Source: a virus (lineage: Duplodnaviria; Caudoviricetes). From it: a DNA stretch of 64,000 bases. The notes below the pieces were generated by a model. That model ran no database searches, was not told where the DNA came from, and was given only the letters and a program-made list of their open reading frames with translations. The stretch spans positions 32,001-96,000 of IMG/VR virus record IMGVR_UViG_3300021060_000011. One strand, written 5' to 3'. The position numbers and the translations under genes were made by a program. Below, piece after piece: positions 36,203 through 46,004 of the stretch. How positions within the stretch are numbered: the stretch's first letter is position 1; the number at the start of each line of letters is the position of its first letter.

Positions 36203-37507
36203 CTAGTTGTAGGCGTCGGCGACGGTCGAGGTGCCGGCGACGGTGCCGGGGAAGAAGTTCGCGCCCTGGCCGAAGACGTTGATGATGCCGCCGTTGAGGG
36301 TCTGGAACCGCTTGCCCGTCACCGAGCCGCCCTGCACCGACGCGCCACCCGGGCAGAAGATCTTGCCGTTGCCCTGGCTGCGCGCGAACTCGACGCCGAT
36401 GCTGAGCGCGCCCACGATGGTGAAGGCGCTGAGCAGCCGGATCTCTCCGCCGATGGAGAAGAAGCAGTACCCGCACGACCGGCTGAGCTTGTTGTTCGGC
36501 CCAACCGTCACGTTCGCGCCGCCGGCCGCGTTGATGGCCGCCGAGTTGGAGCCGTTAAGGCCTGACAGGGTCATGCTCTCGAGGTAGAGGGTCGAGTTCG
36601 AGGCGGCGGTGACGTTGTGGAAGCTGTCGGCGCTGTTGTTCTGAACCGTGAAGCCCTTCAGGGTCAGGTTCGTGCCGAACGACGAGTGGATGATGCCGGA
36701 ATTGCCCGGCGCGCCGTTGCCGGTGACGACGTAGCTGTCCTGGTTGAGCACGTCGCCGACGATGGCCACCGTGCCGAGGCCGCCGAGGAGGGTGGCCTGC
36801 GAACCGAAGATGCCCTGCGTCAGGGGAGCGTCGTAGATGCCGCCGACCCCGAGGGCGATCGTCAGGGACGACGCGGTGTAGTTCAGGTTCTTGATGCCGT
36901 AGGTGAGCGCGGCGGTGATGGTCTTGAACGCCTGCGCAGCGTTGTTGCCCTCGCCCTTGGTGCTCGGCTTGTCGCTGCCGTCGGTCCGGACCCACAGCAC
37001 CGGCCCGTTCACGATCTTCGCGACCTCCGACTGGGCGAAGCCGGACATGCGCATCACGAAGCCGTCGAAGACGCAGTCGAACGGCACGCCCGCCTGAACG
37101 TCGCCCGCCTGGAGCGCGGTGCCGTCGCGCCGCTGCAGGGGCACGCCAGCGATCTGATTGACGACGAGCTGGCACTGGTCGGTGTTGGTGTTGCGCGGGA
37201 ACACCCGGAACGGCAGCCCCCGGAACAGCAGGGTGTGCGGGGTCAGCGGGTTGATCACGATGATGTTCGCGACCGTCGAGGAGTCCTCGTAGGTCGTGAG
37301 TTTGCCCGAGCGGATCGCGCGCAGGAGCTGGCCGAGATCGTCGTTCGAGGGGTTGAGGCCGGCTTCGATGATCGCGTTGACGATCTCACGCTGGGGCGTC
37401 TCCACGGCCTTCGGCGGGATCTTCGATCCCTGCTGGCCGGCCGCCACGTTCTTGCCGACGTAGGGGGCGTTCGGGTTCGTCGCGCCGGTGGGGGGATTGT
37501 AGAGCAT
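36203..37507 (-). CDS. Tail fibre / receptor-binding protein
   Basis: Mu gpS-like N-terminus (QREIVNAIIEAGL.P..DL.QLLRAI); Gly/Asn-rich beta C-terminus. Confidence 0.8.
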   Translation of the reverse strand: MLYNPPTGATNPNAPYVGKNVAAGQQGSKIPPKAVETPQREIVNAIIEAGLNPSNDDLGQLLRAIRSGKLTTYEDSSTVANIIVINPLTPHTLLFRGLPFRVFPRNTNTDQCQLVVNQIAGVPLQRRDGTALQAGDVQAGVPFDCVFDGFVMRMSGFAQSEVAKIVNGPVLWVRTDGSDKPSTKGEGNNAAQAFKTITAALTYGIKNLNYTASSLTIALGVGGIYDAPLTQGIFGSQATLLGGLGTVAIVGDVLNQDSYVVTGNGAPGNSGIIHSSFGTNLTLKGFTVQNNSADSFHNVTAASNSTLYLESMTLSGLNGSNSAAINAAGGANVTVGPNNKLSRSCGYCFFSIGGEIRLLSAFTIVGALSIGVEFARSQGNGKIFCPGGASVQGGSVTGKRFQTLNGGIINVFGQGANFFPGTVAGTSTVADAYN

Positions 37508-37637
37508 GGGGCGTCACGTCCTGGGCGGTAGGCATGCGGACGCGATCCGGCGCGTGGGGGCGGCCGGTCGGGTCGACGCAGGGAGGTCGGGGACTTGCGA
37601 AGGCCCGTGGCGGGCGATCAGACGGTAGGCCGGCGGC

Positions 37638-38714
37638 TCAGGCGGCCAGCTCGTACGAGAACACCACCCTGGTATGGGGCGGGCAGGCGCGTCGTAGGAC
37701 GCATTCGAGGTCCTCGGCCGCGGCGAAGCCTTCGATGGGATCACCATCGCACTCGCCGCCATCGGCGAGGTCGGCCGGGTCGCTCACCGGAAGGGTGAAC
37801 ACCTCGAGGGGGTCGGCATCCAGTTCGCCGTCGTCGACGGCGAAACTCGCTTCGGTGATGTCGCCGCCGGCGGTGGTGAACCACGTCTCAGCCAGCGAGC
37901 GCACGCGGACGATCCAGAACTGCCAGACGTCGCCGTCCGGATCGGATTCGAAGGTCTCCAGCTCGTCGGCGTCGAGTTCGCCGTCGTCGCAAGCGAAGCC
38001 GTCCTCGATGATGCCGCCGGCGACCTCGTCGCCGTAGACGCCCGGACGGCTGGTGAGCGCGAAGGTCTCGATCGGGGCGTCGCACATGCCGTCGTCGCAG
38101 GTGAAATACCCCTCTTCGACGGCGCCGTCGGTCACCTCGCTGTCGTCGATGAGGAACTGCGTCGGCTCCTCGATGGTGATGGCGTAGCCCAGGGCCGCCG
38201 CGAGGCAGATCATGTAGTCGCGCGACGTGCCGCCCTGGGCGCCGAAGCGGGTGCGGATCGCCGCGAGCCGCGCCGCGATTCCGCTTTGCGAGCCGAGGCA
38301 GGCGTCCGGCAGCCCCAGCTCATTCTCCCAGTCGTCGAGGCCGATGGTGACGGCAGACGGAAACGCCTGCGTGGCCACCTCGAAGTCACGACGGTTGATG
38401 TCCGCGAGCCAGTCGGCGACGGCGCGCCAGACCTTGCGCATCAAGGGCGAAGCGCCCTTGCCGCCGCCGGCTTCATCGGTGCCCCAGGCGGGCCCGCGCG
38501 GGGCCAGCGCAAGGACCGCAGGAAGGACCTCGTCGGCGGTGGGATCGGATTGCCGATCGGCGACCGACGGTGGCTCGGAGCCGAGCAGGGCACAGGGCCA
38601 GCCCGGCTGGGTCGCGCTCTGGCCGACCCGGTCCATGGTCACGCGTCGGGAATCGGCGGTGACCGTGGTGGTGTCGGCGGTTGCGCTCAAGGGAGTCGGA
38701 AGCGACACAGGCAC
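37638..38714 (-). CDS. Baseplate wedge protein (YmfQ/DUF2313, Mu gp48-like) with acidic repeats
   Basis: LAPRGPAW, LDDWENELGLPD.C, LECVLRRACPPHT.V.F.Y. Confidence 0.82.
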   Translation of the reverse strand: MPVSLPTPLSATADTTTVTADSRRVTMDRVGQSATQPGWPCALLGSEPPSVADRQSDPTADEVLPAVLALAPRGPAWGTDEAGGGKGASPLMRKVWRAVADWLADINRRDFEVATQAFPSAVTIGLDDWENELGLPDACLGSQSGIAARLAAIRTRFGAQGGTSRDYMICLAAALGYAITIEEPTQFLIDDSEVTDGAVEEGYFTCDDGMCDAPIETFALTSRPGVYGDEVAGGIIEDGFACDDGELDADELETFESDPDGDVWQFWIVRVRSLAETWFTTAGGDITEASFAVDDGELDADPLEVFTLPVSDPADLADGGECDGDPIEGFAAAEDLECVLRRACPPHTRVVFSYELAA

Positions 38715-38746
38715 CTCTCGCGCGAGCGGGCGGGGCGCCGCGCTTC

Positions 38747-39385
38747 TCAGCGCAACGCGGTGATGTTCCAGCCGATGGGGGCGGCCCCGGCGGCGAGGGT
38801 GAGCCCGGTGGTGAGCTGCACGGACACGACACCGTCGGCTGACACGAAGGCCGCCGCGATGTTGAGGCCGGCCGGCAGGGCGGCGGCCGGCGCCACCACG
38901 ACCCGCTCGCCCGCCCGGAGCACGTCGCCCGCCCGCGCCGGCACGAGGCCGGTGAGGGTGAGGGTGACGGGCAGGAGGGCCGTGAGGGCCGGCAGCTTGG
39001 CCGAGGCGGTGAAGGCGGCGGCCTCCTCGGGTTTGGCTTCCAGGGCCGCCGCGCGGGCGGCCTGGGCGGTGTCCGCGTCGCCTCGGGCCTTCGCCTCGGC
39101 TGCGTCGGCCGTGCGCCGGGCCTGGACCTCGGCGCTAAGGGCCGTGGCCGTGTCACTCCGCGCCAACGCCTCGGCCGCGTCGGCCGCGCCCCTGGCCCGG
39201 ATCTCCGCCGCCAGGGCCGCATCCTGCGCCGCATCTCGCGCCGCCTGTCCGGCCAGGATGAAGGCCGCCACCTCGTTGATGGAAACGCGCCGGCGCCGCC
39301 ACCGCCCCGTGGCCGGGTCGTGCTGCGAGGCCATGAGCGTCACGGCCCCGTCGAGGGGGCCGCTGGGCAGATAGTCGTCGGCCAT
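38747..39385 (-). CDS. Putative tail appendage protein (coiled coil plus beta domain)
   Basis: AE..AR..AD heptad-like repeats. Confidence 0.6.
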   Translation of the reverse strand: MADDYLPSGPLDGAVTLMASQHDPATGRWRRRRVSINEVAAFILAGQAARDAAQDAALAAEIRARGAADAAEALARSDTATALSAEVQARRTADAAEAKARGDADTAQAARAAALEAKPEEAAAFTASAKLPALTALLPVTLTLTGLVPARAGDVLRAGERVVVAPAAALPAGLNIAAAFVSADGVVSVQLTTGLTLAAGAAPIGWNITALR

Positions 39386-39393
39386 GGCGGAGC

Positions 39394-40038
39394 CTACGGC
39401 AGGGCGTGGGCGATGAAGGCGTCGACCTCGGCCCGGGTCGTGATCGTACCGGCGAGGATCGCCGCGCAGGCCGCGTCGTCCGCGTCGAAGCACGCGTCCA
39501 CGAAGGCCAGCACCGCGTCCGACATGGCGATGATCTGAGAGGCTGGGACCTCGACGCGGTCGGTCGGGCTCACCTTCCACTTCGTGGAGTAGGTCGGGTC
39601 GGCCTCGGCCTTGATCCGCGAGCCCGCGAGGAGGAGCTTGGATCGGTCGTCGGTGGCCACCCGGAAGCCGCCCGGCACCGTGACGCCGGCCATTTCGCGG
39701 GCGTACCGGGCCTCGCCGACGTAGGCGAGGAGTTCGGCCCGACGCGCGGCCAGCTCGGCGGCGGTGAGGAGCCGCTTGCCGCGCGTGGCGGTGACACGGA
39801 ACGCCGTCCGATCCGCCACACGGCCGACGATCTCGTCGGTGAGGGTTTCGGTTGCCGGTTCGAAGGCTGGCGACGTGAGCACGAGCGGCCAGAACGCCGT
39901 GTCTTGAAGGCCAAACCGCTCGTCCGTCCCGTCGAGGTTGCGCAATGCCTCGTCGGGCCAGCTCGCGACTTCAGGCGCCACCGGCCCCGGCGGACCCATG
40001 AAATCGAGGGTGGCGAGGAGGATGTGCTGGTACGTCAT
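39394..40038 (-). CDS. Second DUF4376-like fibre assembly protein
   Basis: ARYAREMAGVTV..VATDDRSK..FVDACFDA. Confidence 0.72.
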   Translation of the reverse strand: MTYQHILLATLDFMGPPGPVAPEVASWPDEALRNLDGTDERFGLQDTAFWPLVLTSPAFEPATETLTDEIVGRVADRTAFRVTATRGKRLLTAAELAARRAELLAYVGEARYAREMAGVTVPGGFRVATDDRSKLLLAGSRIKAEADPTYSTKWKVSPTDRVEVPASQIIAMSDAVLAFVDACFDADDAACAAILAGTITTRAEVDAFIAHALP

Positions 40039-40577
40039 GGGGTTTCATCCACGATGCGGATTTCGCCGGAGCCGCCACGCCCATAGGTGGAGTTTTGCAT
40101 CGGCCCGCCGGGCGTGAGCCCGTAGGTGATAGGGCCACCGCCGCCGGCCGTAATCATGCCGTAGAAGCCGCCGAATAGGCTGCCGTCGCCGCCGGAGAAA
40201 GAGGATGTGCCGGGGACATTCAGGTCGCCACCCGTGACCTCCGTTCCGAGAACGCTGATCGCGAGACCGCCCCCCGAAAGGGTGGTCGCCGTGTAGCCAG
40301 TAAGCTCAATGACTCCATCGCCTGCGACGGCACCAAAGTTGATCGATGATGCGATGACGATGCCTTTTGGCAAAGAAATGGTTTTGCGCGCGAAGCCGCC
40401 ACCCTGCCCGTTGCCGCCCGGCCCGTAGACATAGAACGTGTACTTACTGACCTTCGGCACCACCCACGATGTGTCGCGGGGCTTGAGGATCGCGATGAGC
40501 CTCGGGCCTGCTGGCGTGCCGCGCGGAGCCACCCCGAACGGGCGCGCGATATCTTCCTCAAACGCCTCCATCGCCAT
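40035..40577 (-). CDS. Glycine-rich fibre-tip-like protein
   Basis: SWVVP..YGPGG.G.GGG...GRGGSGEIRI; lower GC than flanks. Confidence 0.6.
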   Translation of the reverse strand: MAMEAFEEDIARPFGVAPRGTPAGPRLIAILKPRDTSWVVPKVSKYTFYVYGPGGNGQGGGFARKTISLPKGIVIASSINFGAVAGDGVIELTGYTATTLSGGGLAISVLGTEVTGGDLNVPGTSSFSGGDGSLFGGFYGMITAGGGGPITYGLTPGGPMQNSTYGRGGSGEIRIVDETP

Positions 40578-40996
40578 CAGAATTGCTTCCCGTTGCCGGT
40601 GGCGTGCATCGAGCCTGCGGGCTGAGCGACCAGCGTGGCGAGGTAGAGGGACCAGCCCTCGGACACGTAGATCGGCACCGTGCCAGTCACCTTGTCGAAG
40701 ACGATCTGTGCCGCTGCTGTGGTGCTGGATGTGATCGACGCGTGCGCGACGCTGGCGGCCTCAATGAGCGTCGAGCCGTTCCAGAGGTAGGCGACGAGCT
40801 TGCCGATGCTCAGGTTCGCCGTAGCCTCCACCGTTATGCTGGAGACGGCAACGAAGCGTCCCACCGCAACGGTGTCGACCACCTTCACCGCGCTGGTGAC
40901 GTCGACAAACGTGGTCTTCGCCGCAGTCGGCAGAACTGCCGGAATGAGCGCGAACGGGATAGCATAGGTCGGTGCGGGATTGGGATTCAGGGCCAT
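40577..40996 (-). CDS. Hypothetical tail-associated protein
   Basis: Beta-rich 139-aa ORF within the tail cluster. Confidence 0.6.
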   Translation of the reverse strand: MALNPNPAPTYAIPFALIPAVLPTAAKTTFVDVTSAVKVVDTVAVGRFVAVSSITVEATANLSIGKLVAYLWNGSTLIEAASVAHASITSSTTAAAQIVFDKVTGTVPIYVSEGWSLYLATLVAQPAGSMHATGNGKQF

Positions 40997-41005
40997 GTTC
41001 GGTCC

Positions 41006-41536
41006 TCAGGAAAGGCTGTCAGAGCCGTAGGAGAGGCCGACGATCTGGCCTCGGGTGGGTACAGCCGAGGCGTCGGCTTTGGCGGCGATGGCGGCCGTAT
41101 TGGACGCGATAGCCGCGACCTGATCCGGCGTGATCTCCGCGACCGTGACCGTTCCTTTGCGCCCGTTGACGGACACGACCGGCCCGGCCGCGATGACGGC
41201 GAGCTGGGTGGCCACCGCCGCCGCGATGGCGGCGGCAATGTTGTCCTGGATCTGCTGAGGGGTCGGCACGAGGGCCGTGACCGCCGCCGCCGCGTCGGCG
41301 ATGGACTTGTAGATAGCCGCCGCCGAGGGGACGGCGTTCACCTTGTCGTAGAAGGTGTGGATCACCTGGGCGACCTTCGCCATGGTGTCGATGTCCGCGT
41401 CGGCGCCATCGAGGAGGACCTCGATCCGGCGATACAGCTCCGAGAAGTTGCTTTCCGTCTTCTCCGCGAAGTCGCGGAAGGGGTCGCCGGTGCCGTCGTT
41501 CTCCGACGCGCCGTAGCGAAGATGCTGCTGCGCCAT
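41006..41536 (-). CDS. Fibre-attachment protein with T4 gp10-like N-terminal motif
   Basis: G..NDGTGDPFR....K...NFSELY; VVSVNGRKGTV fibre motif. Confidence 0.65.
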   Translation of the reverse strand: MAQQHLRYGASENDGTGDPFRDFAEKTESNFSELYRRIEVLLDGADADIDTMAKVAQVIHTFYDKVNAVPSAAAIYKSIADAAAAVTALVPTPQQIQDNIAAAIAAAVATQLAVIAAGPVVSVNGRKGTVTVAEITPDQVAAIASNTAAIAAKADASAVPTRGQIVGLSYGSDSLS

Positions 41537-41544
41537 GGTGGGCC

Positions 41545-42642
41545 TCAGTCGGTGTAGGTGACGGGGCCGAGCACCGGCAGGTAGCCGGCTGGCACGGTGA
41601 TGTCGTCGAGGGGCAGGGGCATCCGGTGGCGCCCCTCTCCCACGGCTCGGCTCACCGCTTCGGTGAGCCAGGATTTCGAGAGGGTGGTGTCGCCCGACGG
41701 CAGGCCGGGCTCGGCCAGATCCGCGAACGTCGCGGCCAGCTCGGTCTCTACGGAGATCCGGGTGTCGGTGTTGTCCGGCCGGAGGGCCTTGATCTGCACC
41801 GGGATCGGCAGCGCCTGCAGGCGGATGGCGTAGGCCCGCGCACAGAGCGGGCGCCGCACCGGATCGTTGATTGCCGCCTGGGCGATGGTGACCTGCGCCG
41901 GCGTTGGGATGCCGTTGGGCTGGTCGGTGACCGTGAAGGCGACCCAGACGCTACGGGTCTCGTTGGCGAACGAGGCCACGTAGACCCGGTCCACCACGGC
42001 GCCGAGCGCCTCGCGGACCCAGGTCTCGTAATCCGGTGCCGAGCCGCCCTGCGGGGGCTTGCGCTTGCGGCTCAGGACGCGGGCGCGGAACGCCTCCAGC
42101 TTCTCCGGGTCGGCCCCGCCGCCGAGGCCGTCGGCGTCGACTAGGCCGGCGCCGGTGATGCCGTCGGGCAGGTCGACCGCGTCCACGAAGGTGAGCAGCG
42201 TTCCTGCGTCCGTGTTGCCGAGGCTGCCCGGCTCGTCCGCCTGCAACGTCAGGGTCACGGAGTTGCCGTCGGCGGACGCGTCCTTCAGCGTGGTGAAGGT
42301 GACGCCGTCGGCCCGCGTCAGCTGCAGGCCGGCCGGCACCACGGTCCCGGGCGCCGCCGGCCAGGTGGCCGAGCCGAGGGCGGGGAGGGCGGTGTAACGC
42401 TTCAGCCCCAGCTCGAAGGCATGGCGTGCGAGCCAGACCTCGTCCGCCGTCGAGGCGAAGATCTGGGCGAAGAGCCATTTCCGGCGCAGCTCCTGTTCGA
42501 AGCCGCACGCGGCCAGGACCTTGCCGAAGACCGTGAAGGTATTGGCCCAGACCGAGGCGATGGCGCCCTCGATCGCCCCGGTGAAGAACCCGCGCGCCTG
42601 GCGCGAGAGCTCGTCGAGCGAGCGGATGCTATAGCCCGCCAT
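41545..42642 (-). CDS. Baseplate J / Mu gp47-like protein
   Basis: GGGADPEKLEAFRAR, PPQGGS..DY..W. Confidence 0.9.
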   Translation of the reverse strand: MAGYSIRSLDELSRQARGFFTGAIEGAIASVWANTFTVFGKVLAACGFEQELRRKWLFAQIFASTADEVWLARHAFELGLKRYTALPALGSATWPAAPGTVVPAGLQLTRADGVTFTTLKDASADGNSVTLTLQADEPGSLGNTDAGTLLTFVDAVDLPDGITGAGLVDADGLGGGADPEKLEAFRARVLSRKRKPPQGGSAPDYETWVREALGAVVDRVYVASFANETRSVWVAFTVTDQPNGIPTPAQVTIAQAAINDPVRRPLCARAYAIRLQALPIPVQIKALRPDNTDTRISVETELAATFADLAEPGLPSGDTTLSKSWLTEAVSRAVGEGRHRMPLPLDDITVPAGYLPVLGPVTYTD

Positions 42643-43165
42643 CGGCACGCCTCCAGAGCAGGTCGAATTGGTCGGAGTAGGCCTCCCGGCCGTCCCGGCC
42701 GTAGAGGGCGATCCGCAGGGCGATGCGGCCTGCGGCCTTGTTCACCGTGGCGGCGGTCTTGATCGTGACGACCGCGCCCTGGGTGATGAGCGGCTGCAAC
42801 GCGCGCTCGGCCTCGGCCGCCATCTCCATGCCGGTGAGGTCCGTCAGCTCATGTCGACGGAAGATCCATAGCTTGGAGCCCAGCGGCGCCTCGCCCTGGG
42901 CGGTGTCGACGTCGAAACCGTCGCCGACCCAGCCGCGGCGATCGCCACGGTGCTCGGCGCGCAGGTCGTAGGTCTCCGCCCGGGCGTCCGTGAACAGGAG
43001 CATGATGACGGCGGTGGCCAGCGGATTCGCTGCGCGCAGGCCGCCGGCGCCGCCCTCGTCGCCGCCGGCCGAGAGGGCGAAGTCGCCCACGATGCCGTTC
43101 CAGACGATGTCAGGCGGCAGCACCGCAACGCCCGCATCCGCGAGCGGCGTGAGGGTGAGCTGCAT
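42629..43165 (-). CDS. Mu gp46-like baseplate protein
   Basis: LATAVIMLLFTDARA, RRGWVGD, LGSKLW. Confidence 0.88.
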   Translation of the reverse strand: MQLTLTPLADAGVAVLPPDIVWNGIVGDFALSAGGDEGGAGGLRAANPLATAVIMLLFTDARAETYDLRAEHRGDRRGWVGDGFDVDTAQGEAPLGSKLWIFRRHELTDLTGMEMAAEAERALQPLITQGAVVTIKTAATVNKAAGRIALRIALYGRDGREAYSDQFDLLWRRADGGL

Positions 43166-43195
43166 GGTGGCCCCTTCGGGGATGGTGCGAGAGGC

Positions 43196-43633
43196 TTAAG
43201 GCCCGTGGGCGGCTTTCACCTGCGCTGCCCAGTAGGCCTCGCAGGTTTGCTTCCAGGCCCGCTCATGCTTGGTGAGGCCGTCGCCCAGCTCAGCGGCCAG
43301 CTTCGCCTCGGCCTCTCGCTCCTGCTGTGCCGCCGCCGCGCGGGCGTTCTCGGCAGCAACGAAAGGTGCTGGGTCTAGGAGGGCCGGGTAGCCTTCGGGA
43401 ACCGCGGGATCGAGGAAGTGCGTCGGGGTGATGCTGTAATCGCCCTGGTAGAACGAAACCCACCACTCCCCGTTGTCGCCCCGGCGTGCCCACTGCATGC
43501 GTTCGTCGGTCATCCGACGCTCACGTCCTGAGCATGGGGCTTCGAGGTAGGCATTGTCCGGATCGAACACGAAGGCCTCCTCGAGATCCGGGGAGGCCTC
43601 GGAGATCGGGCGCCAGGGCAGGGGAGACGGCAT
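43196..43633 (-). CDS. Hypothetical protein inserted in the baseplate cluster
   Basis: WRPISEA...PTHF motif more typical of early genes. Confidence 0.55.
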   Translation of the reverse strand: MPSPLPWRPISEASPDLEEAFVFDPDNAYLEAPCSGRERRMTDERMQWARRGDNGEWWVSFYQGDYSITPTHFLDPAVPEGYPALLDPAPFVAAENARAAAAQQEREAEAKLAAELGDGLTKHERAWKQTCEAYWAAQVKAAHGP

Positions 43634-43636
43634 CGG

Positions 43637-44128
43637 TCAGACCTTCGCGAAGACGGTCGAGGAGGGGCCGGCGGTGGTCATCACCGGCGCATAGGTGCCG
43701 TCGGAGCCGTTGCCGCCGAGATACGTGACCTCGCCGCCGAAACTGGCCTTGCCGGTGGCTTTGTGCTCCAGCGTCTTGCCGGTCATCTTCTGGGGCCGGT
43801 CGCCGGCGTCGTGCCAGATGCCGTCGGCGCCCAGCAGCCGGGTGGCGTTGCCCTTGTCATCGTAGAGGGTGGTCTGGCCCTGCTTCAGGTCGCGGGGCCG
43901 GCTGTCGGGGTGCTCCAGGCCGAGGAAGGCCACGAGGGCCCGCTCGCCCGACCCGGCGATGCCGATACCGTGCGAGCCCTTCGGCGCGTGGCTGGCGAGA
44001 CCGTGCTGGCGAACGACGTGGACCTTATCGAGGTCCTCGCTCGCGTAGCCCGAGCCGCGCCCGAGCTGCATCTCGCCCTTGTCGTTGATCTCCGACAGCT
44101 CGGTGCGGAAGATGTTGGTGCGGCTCAT
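43637..44128 (-). CDS. Baseplate spike, Mu gp45-like
   Basis: QHGLASHAPKG, RPRDLKQGQTTLYD. Confidence 0.82.
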   Translation of the reverse strand: MSRTNIFRTELSEINDKGEMQLGRGSGYASEDLDKVHVVRQHGLASHAPKGSHGIGIAGSGERALVAFLGLEHPDSRPRDLKQGQTTLYDDKGNATRLLGADGIWHDAGDRPQKMTGKTLEHKATGKASFGGEVTYLGGNGSDGTYAPVMTTAGPSSTVFAKV

Positions 44129-45234
44129 TCCTCGCCCTGCTCCTCTTCGAGGCCAGGACCGGGATCGAAGACCGCATCGGACTTGCCGGCGGCCTTCTTG
44201 CCCCCGTGGGCTCTGGGATCGACGAAGTTCAGGAACGCGATAGTCCCGCCTTCGTCGTCCTGGCGGAAATTGACCGTCGAGAGGGTGTAATCCCCATCAA
44301 TGTCCTCGGGCTCGTTGACGATCGCCATGAGGCACCCGGGGGTCCAAATCATCCCGGCCTCGTCGCGCCAGGTGGCGACCTTCACCCGGATCGTGGTGCC
44401 GTTGCCGGCCCGACGTAGGCGCTCCCAGCGCAGGCGCTTCTTCAGCTCGGTCTTCGACCAGTCGCCCTCGGGCAGGACGAGGAGGGGGCGGTGCCGACCG
44501 ACGCTCTTATCGGTCTCCCGTTCCTCCTGGCGCAGGGCATCCTTGCCCGTCCCAGTGGCCCGCTGGCCGCGCCCGACGATCTCCGAGAATTTCTGGTCGA
44601 GCTTGAGGGTGACATCCATCTCCTCGACCGGGCTTTCGCCGAGGACGAGGGCCCCGGCGTGTCGCTTCGTGCCGGCCCGGGTGATGTTGATGGAGCCGTC
44701 CGGCTCACCCGCGAGCATCAACCCGAGGCGGCGCGCCTCGCGCTCCACGGTCTGGAAGATCGTGTCGGTCGGCTGACGCTGGACCTTGGCGATCTTCTTC
44801 AGGTCCTGGTCGGTCTTGAACCCGCAACGAACCTCGTCGAGTTCGTTCGCGACCTCCAGGAGGGTCTTCTTCTCGAACCGCCCGGTTTTGTGCTTCACCG
44901 GGTGGCAATCGACGGCGTCGGCCGCCTTGGACTTGCCGTCGAGAGTGACGGTCTTCGTCTTCTTCCCGTACTTGGCCGCGTAGCCGCCGACGTAGCCCTT
45001 GCAGAGCAGCTCGCCGCCGCCGGGCTTCGCCGGCCCCCGGGCCGGGCTGGTGCGGATCTCGATTTCCTTGCCCTTGCGCAGGCGCTTGGCATCCGCCGAC
45101 CAGCTCGGGTTCGCGGCGCCGAGCGTGAACGAGATCTCGGCCGATTCCATCGACCGATCGACCGACACGTCTTGCCAGCCGCGCAGCTCGTAGCCGTCGA
45201 CCACCAGGGTGACGATCTCCTCAACGAAGGGCAT
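44125..45234 (-). CDS. Baseplate hub, Mu gpP/gp44-like
   Basis: GWQDVSVDRSME, SKAADAVDC, WRDEAGMIWTP. Confidence 0.85.
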   Translation of the reverse strand: MPFVEEIVTLVVDGYELRGWQDVSVDRSMESAEISFTLGAANPSWSADAKRLRKGKEIEIRTSPARGPAKPGGGELLCKGYVGGYAAKYGKKTKTVTLDGKSKAADAVDCHPVKHKTGRFEKKTLLEVANELDEVRCGFKTDQDLKKIAKVQRQPTDTIFQTVEREARRLGLMLAGEPDGSINITRAGTKRHAGALVLGESPVEEMDVTLKLDQKFSEIVGRGQRATGTGKDALRQEERETDKSVGRHRPLLVLPEGDWSKTELKKRLRWERLRRAGNGTTIRVKVATWRDEAGMIWTPGCLMAIVNEPEDIDGDYTLSTVNFRQDDEGGTIAFLNFVDPRAHGGKKAAGKSDAVFDPGPGLEEEQGEE

Positions 45235-45243
45235 CCGGTGACC

Positions 45244-45987
45244 TCACGCAGGGGAGGGGGCCAGCGCCTCGAACGAGGCCGGCATGAACAGCGGGGTTGC
45301 GGCGCGATTCCGGGCCACCAGCTCCTCGGCGCGGGCCGGGTCGCCGTAGAGGTTCCAGGCGATCGCGGTGCTCGGGAACGACCGGCCGGCATCGACCCGC
45401 ACCACCGGCTGCAGGCTGGTCGCCTGGCGTACCAGGTGGGCGGAGGTCTCCCGCGCGGCGGTGCTCAGGACCGCGAAGATCTCCTGCCCGAGCACGGTCG
45501 CGATCCGGTCGCCGCGGGCGGCCATCTGCTCGGTGATCCGGGTGCGGGCCTCGGTGGCGGCCCGCCGGTCGGCGAACTCGGTGCGCGCCTCGGCAACGAA
45601 GGCTTCGCCGAGGGCCGCCACCTCCATCGCCGCAGCCAGCGCCCGGGCCAGCGTGTAGAGCCGGGTCAGGACAGGCGAGGCGGAGGCCGGGAACGCCGTC
45701 TGGGCGGCGGCGGCGAGATCGTAGAGCCCGGCGCTCGCGTCCGCCGGTTCGGCCGCCCTGGAGGCGCTCTGGAGCACGGTAACCAGCTCGGAGCCGATCG
45801 CCGCCACGCCCCGGGCCGAGGTGACCCGTGGGGCCTCGACAAGGGCGATGCGGCGGCAGGCCGCCTGCGCCGGGGCGGCGGCCGCCTCGGGCAAGGGCAG
45901 CGACGCCGTGAAGGCCTGCACGAGGCCCGCGAGCGCACGCGCCGCCACCGCCGCGCCGGCCAGCGCGCCGCTCGGGACATCAGCCAT
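45244..45987 (-). CDS. Mu gpN-like DNA circularisation protein, C-terminal part
   Basis: PSTAIAWNLYGDPARAEELVARN...PLFMP. Confidence 0.75.
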   Translation of the reverse strand: MADVPSGALAGAAVAARALAGLVQAFTASLPLPEAAAAPAQAACRRIALVEAPRVTSARGVAAIGSELVTVLQSASRAAEPADASAGLYDLAAAAQTAFPASASPVLTRLYTLARALAAAMEVAALGEAFVAEARTEFADRRAATEARTRITEQMAARGDRIATVLGQEIFAVLSTAARETSAHLVRQATSLQPVVRVDAGRSFPSTAIAWNLYGDPARAEELVARNRAATPLFMPASFEALAPSPA

Positions 45988-46004
45988 GGAGGTCTCGCTC
46001 AGGT

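Noticed and set aside
35491-40038. DGR or invertible fibre switch suggested by two DUF4376 paralogues
   Set aside because: No reverse transcriptase or invertase, same orientation, and no near-identical TR/VR pair seen.
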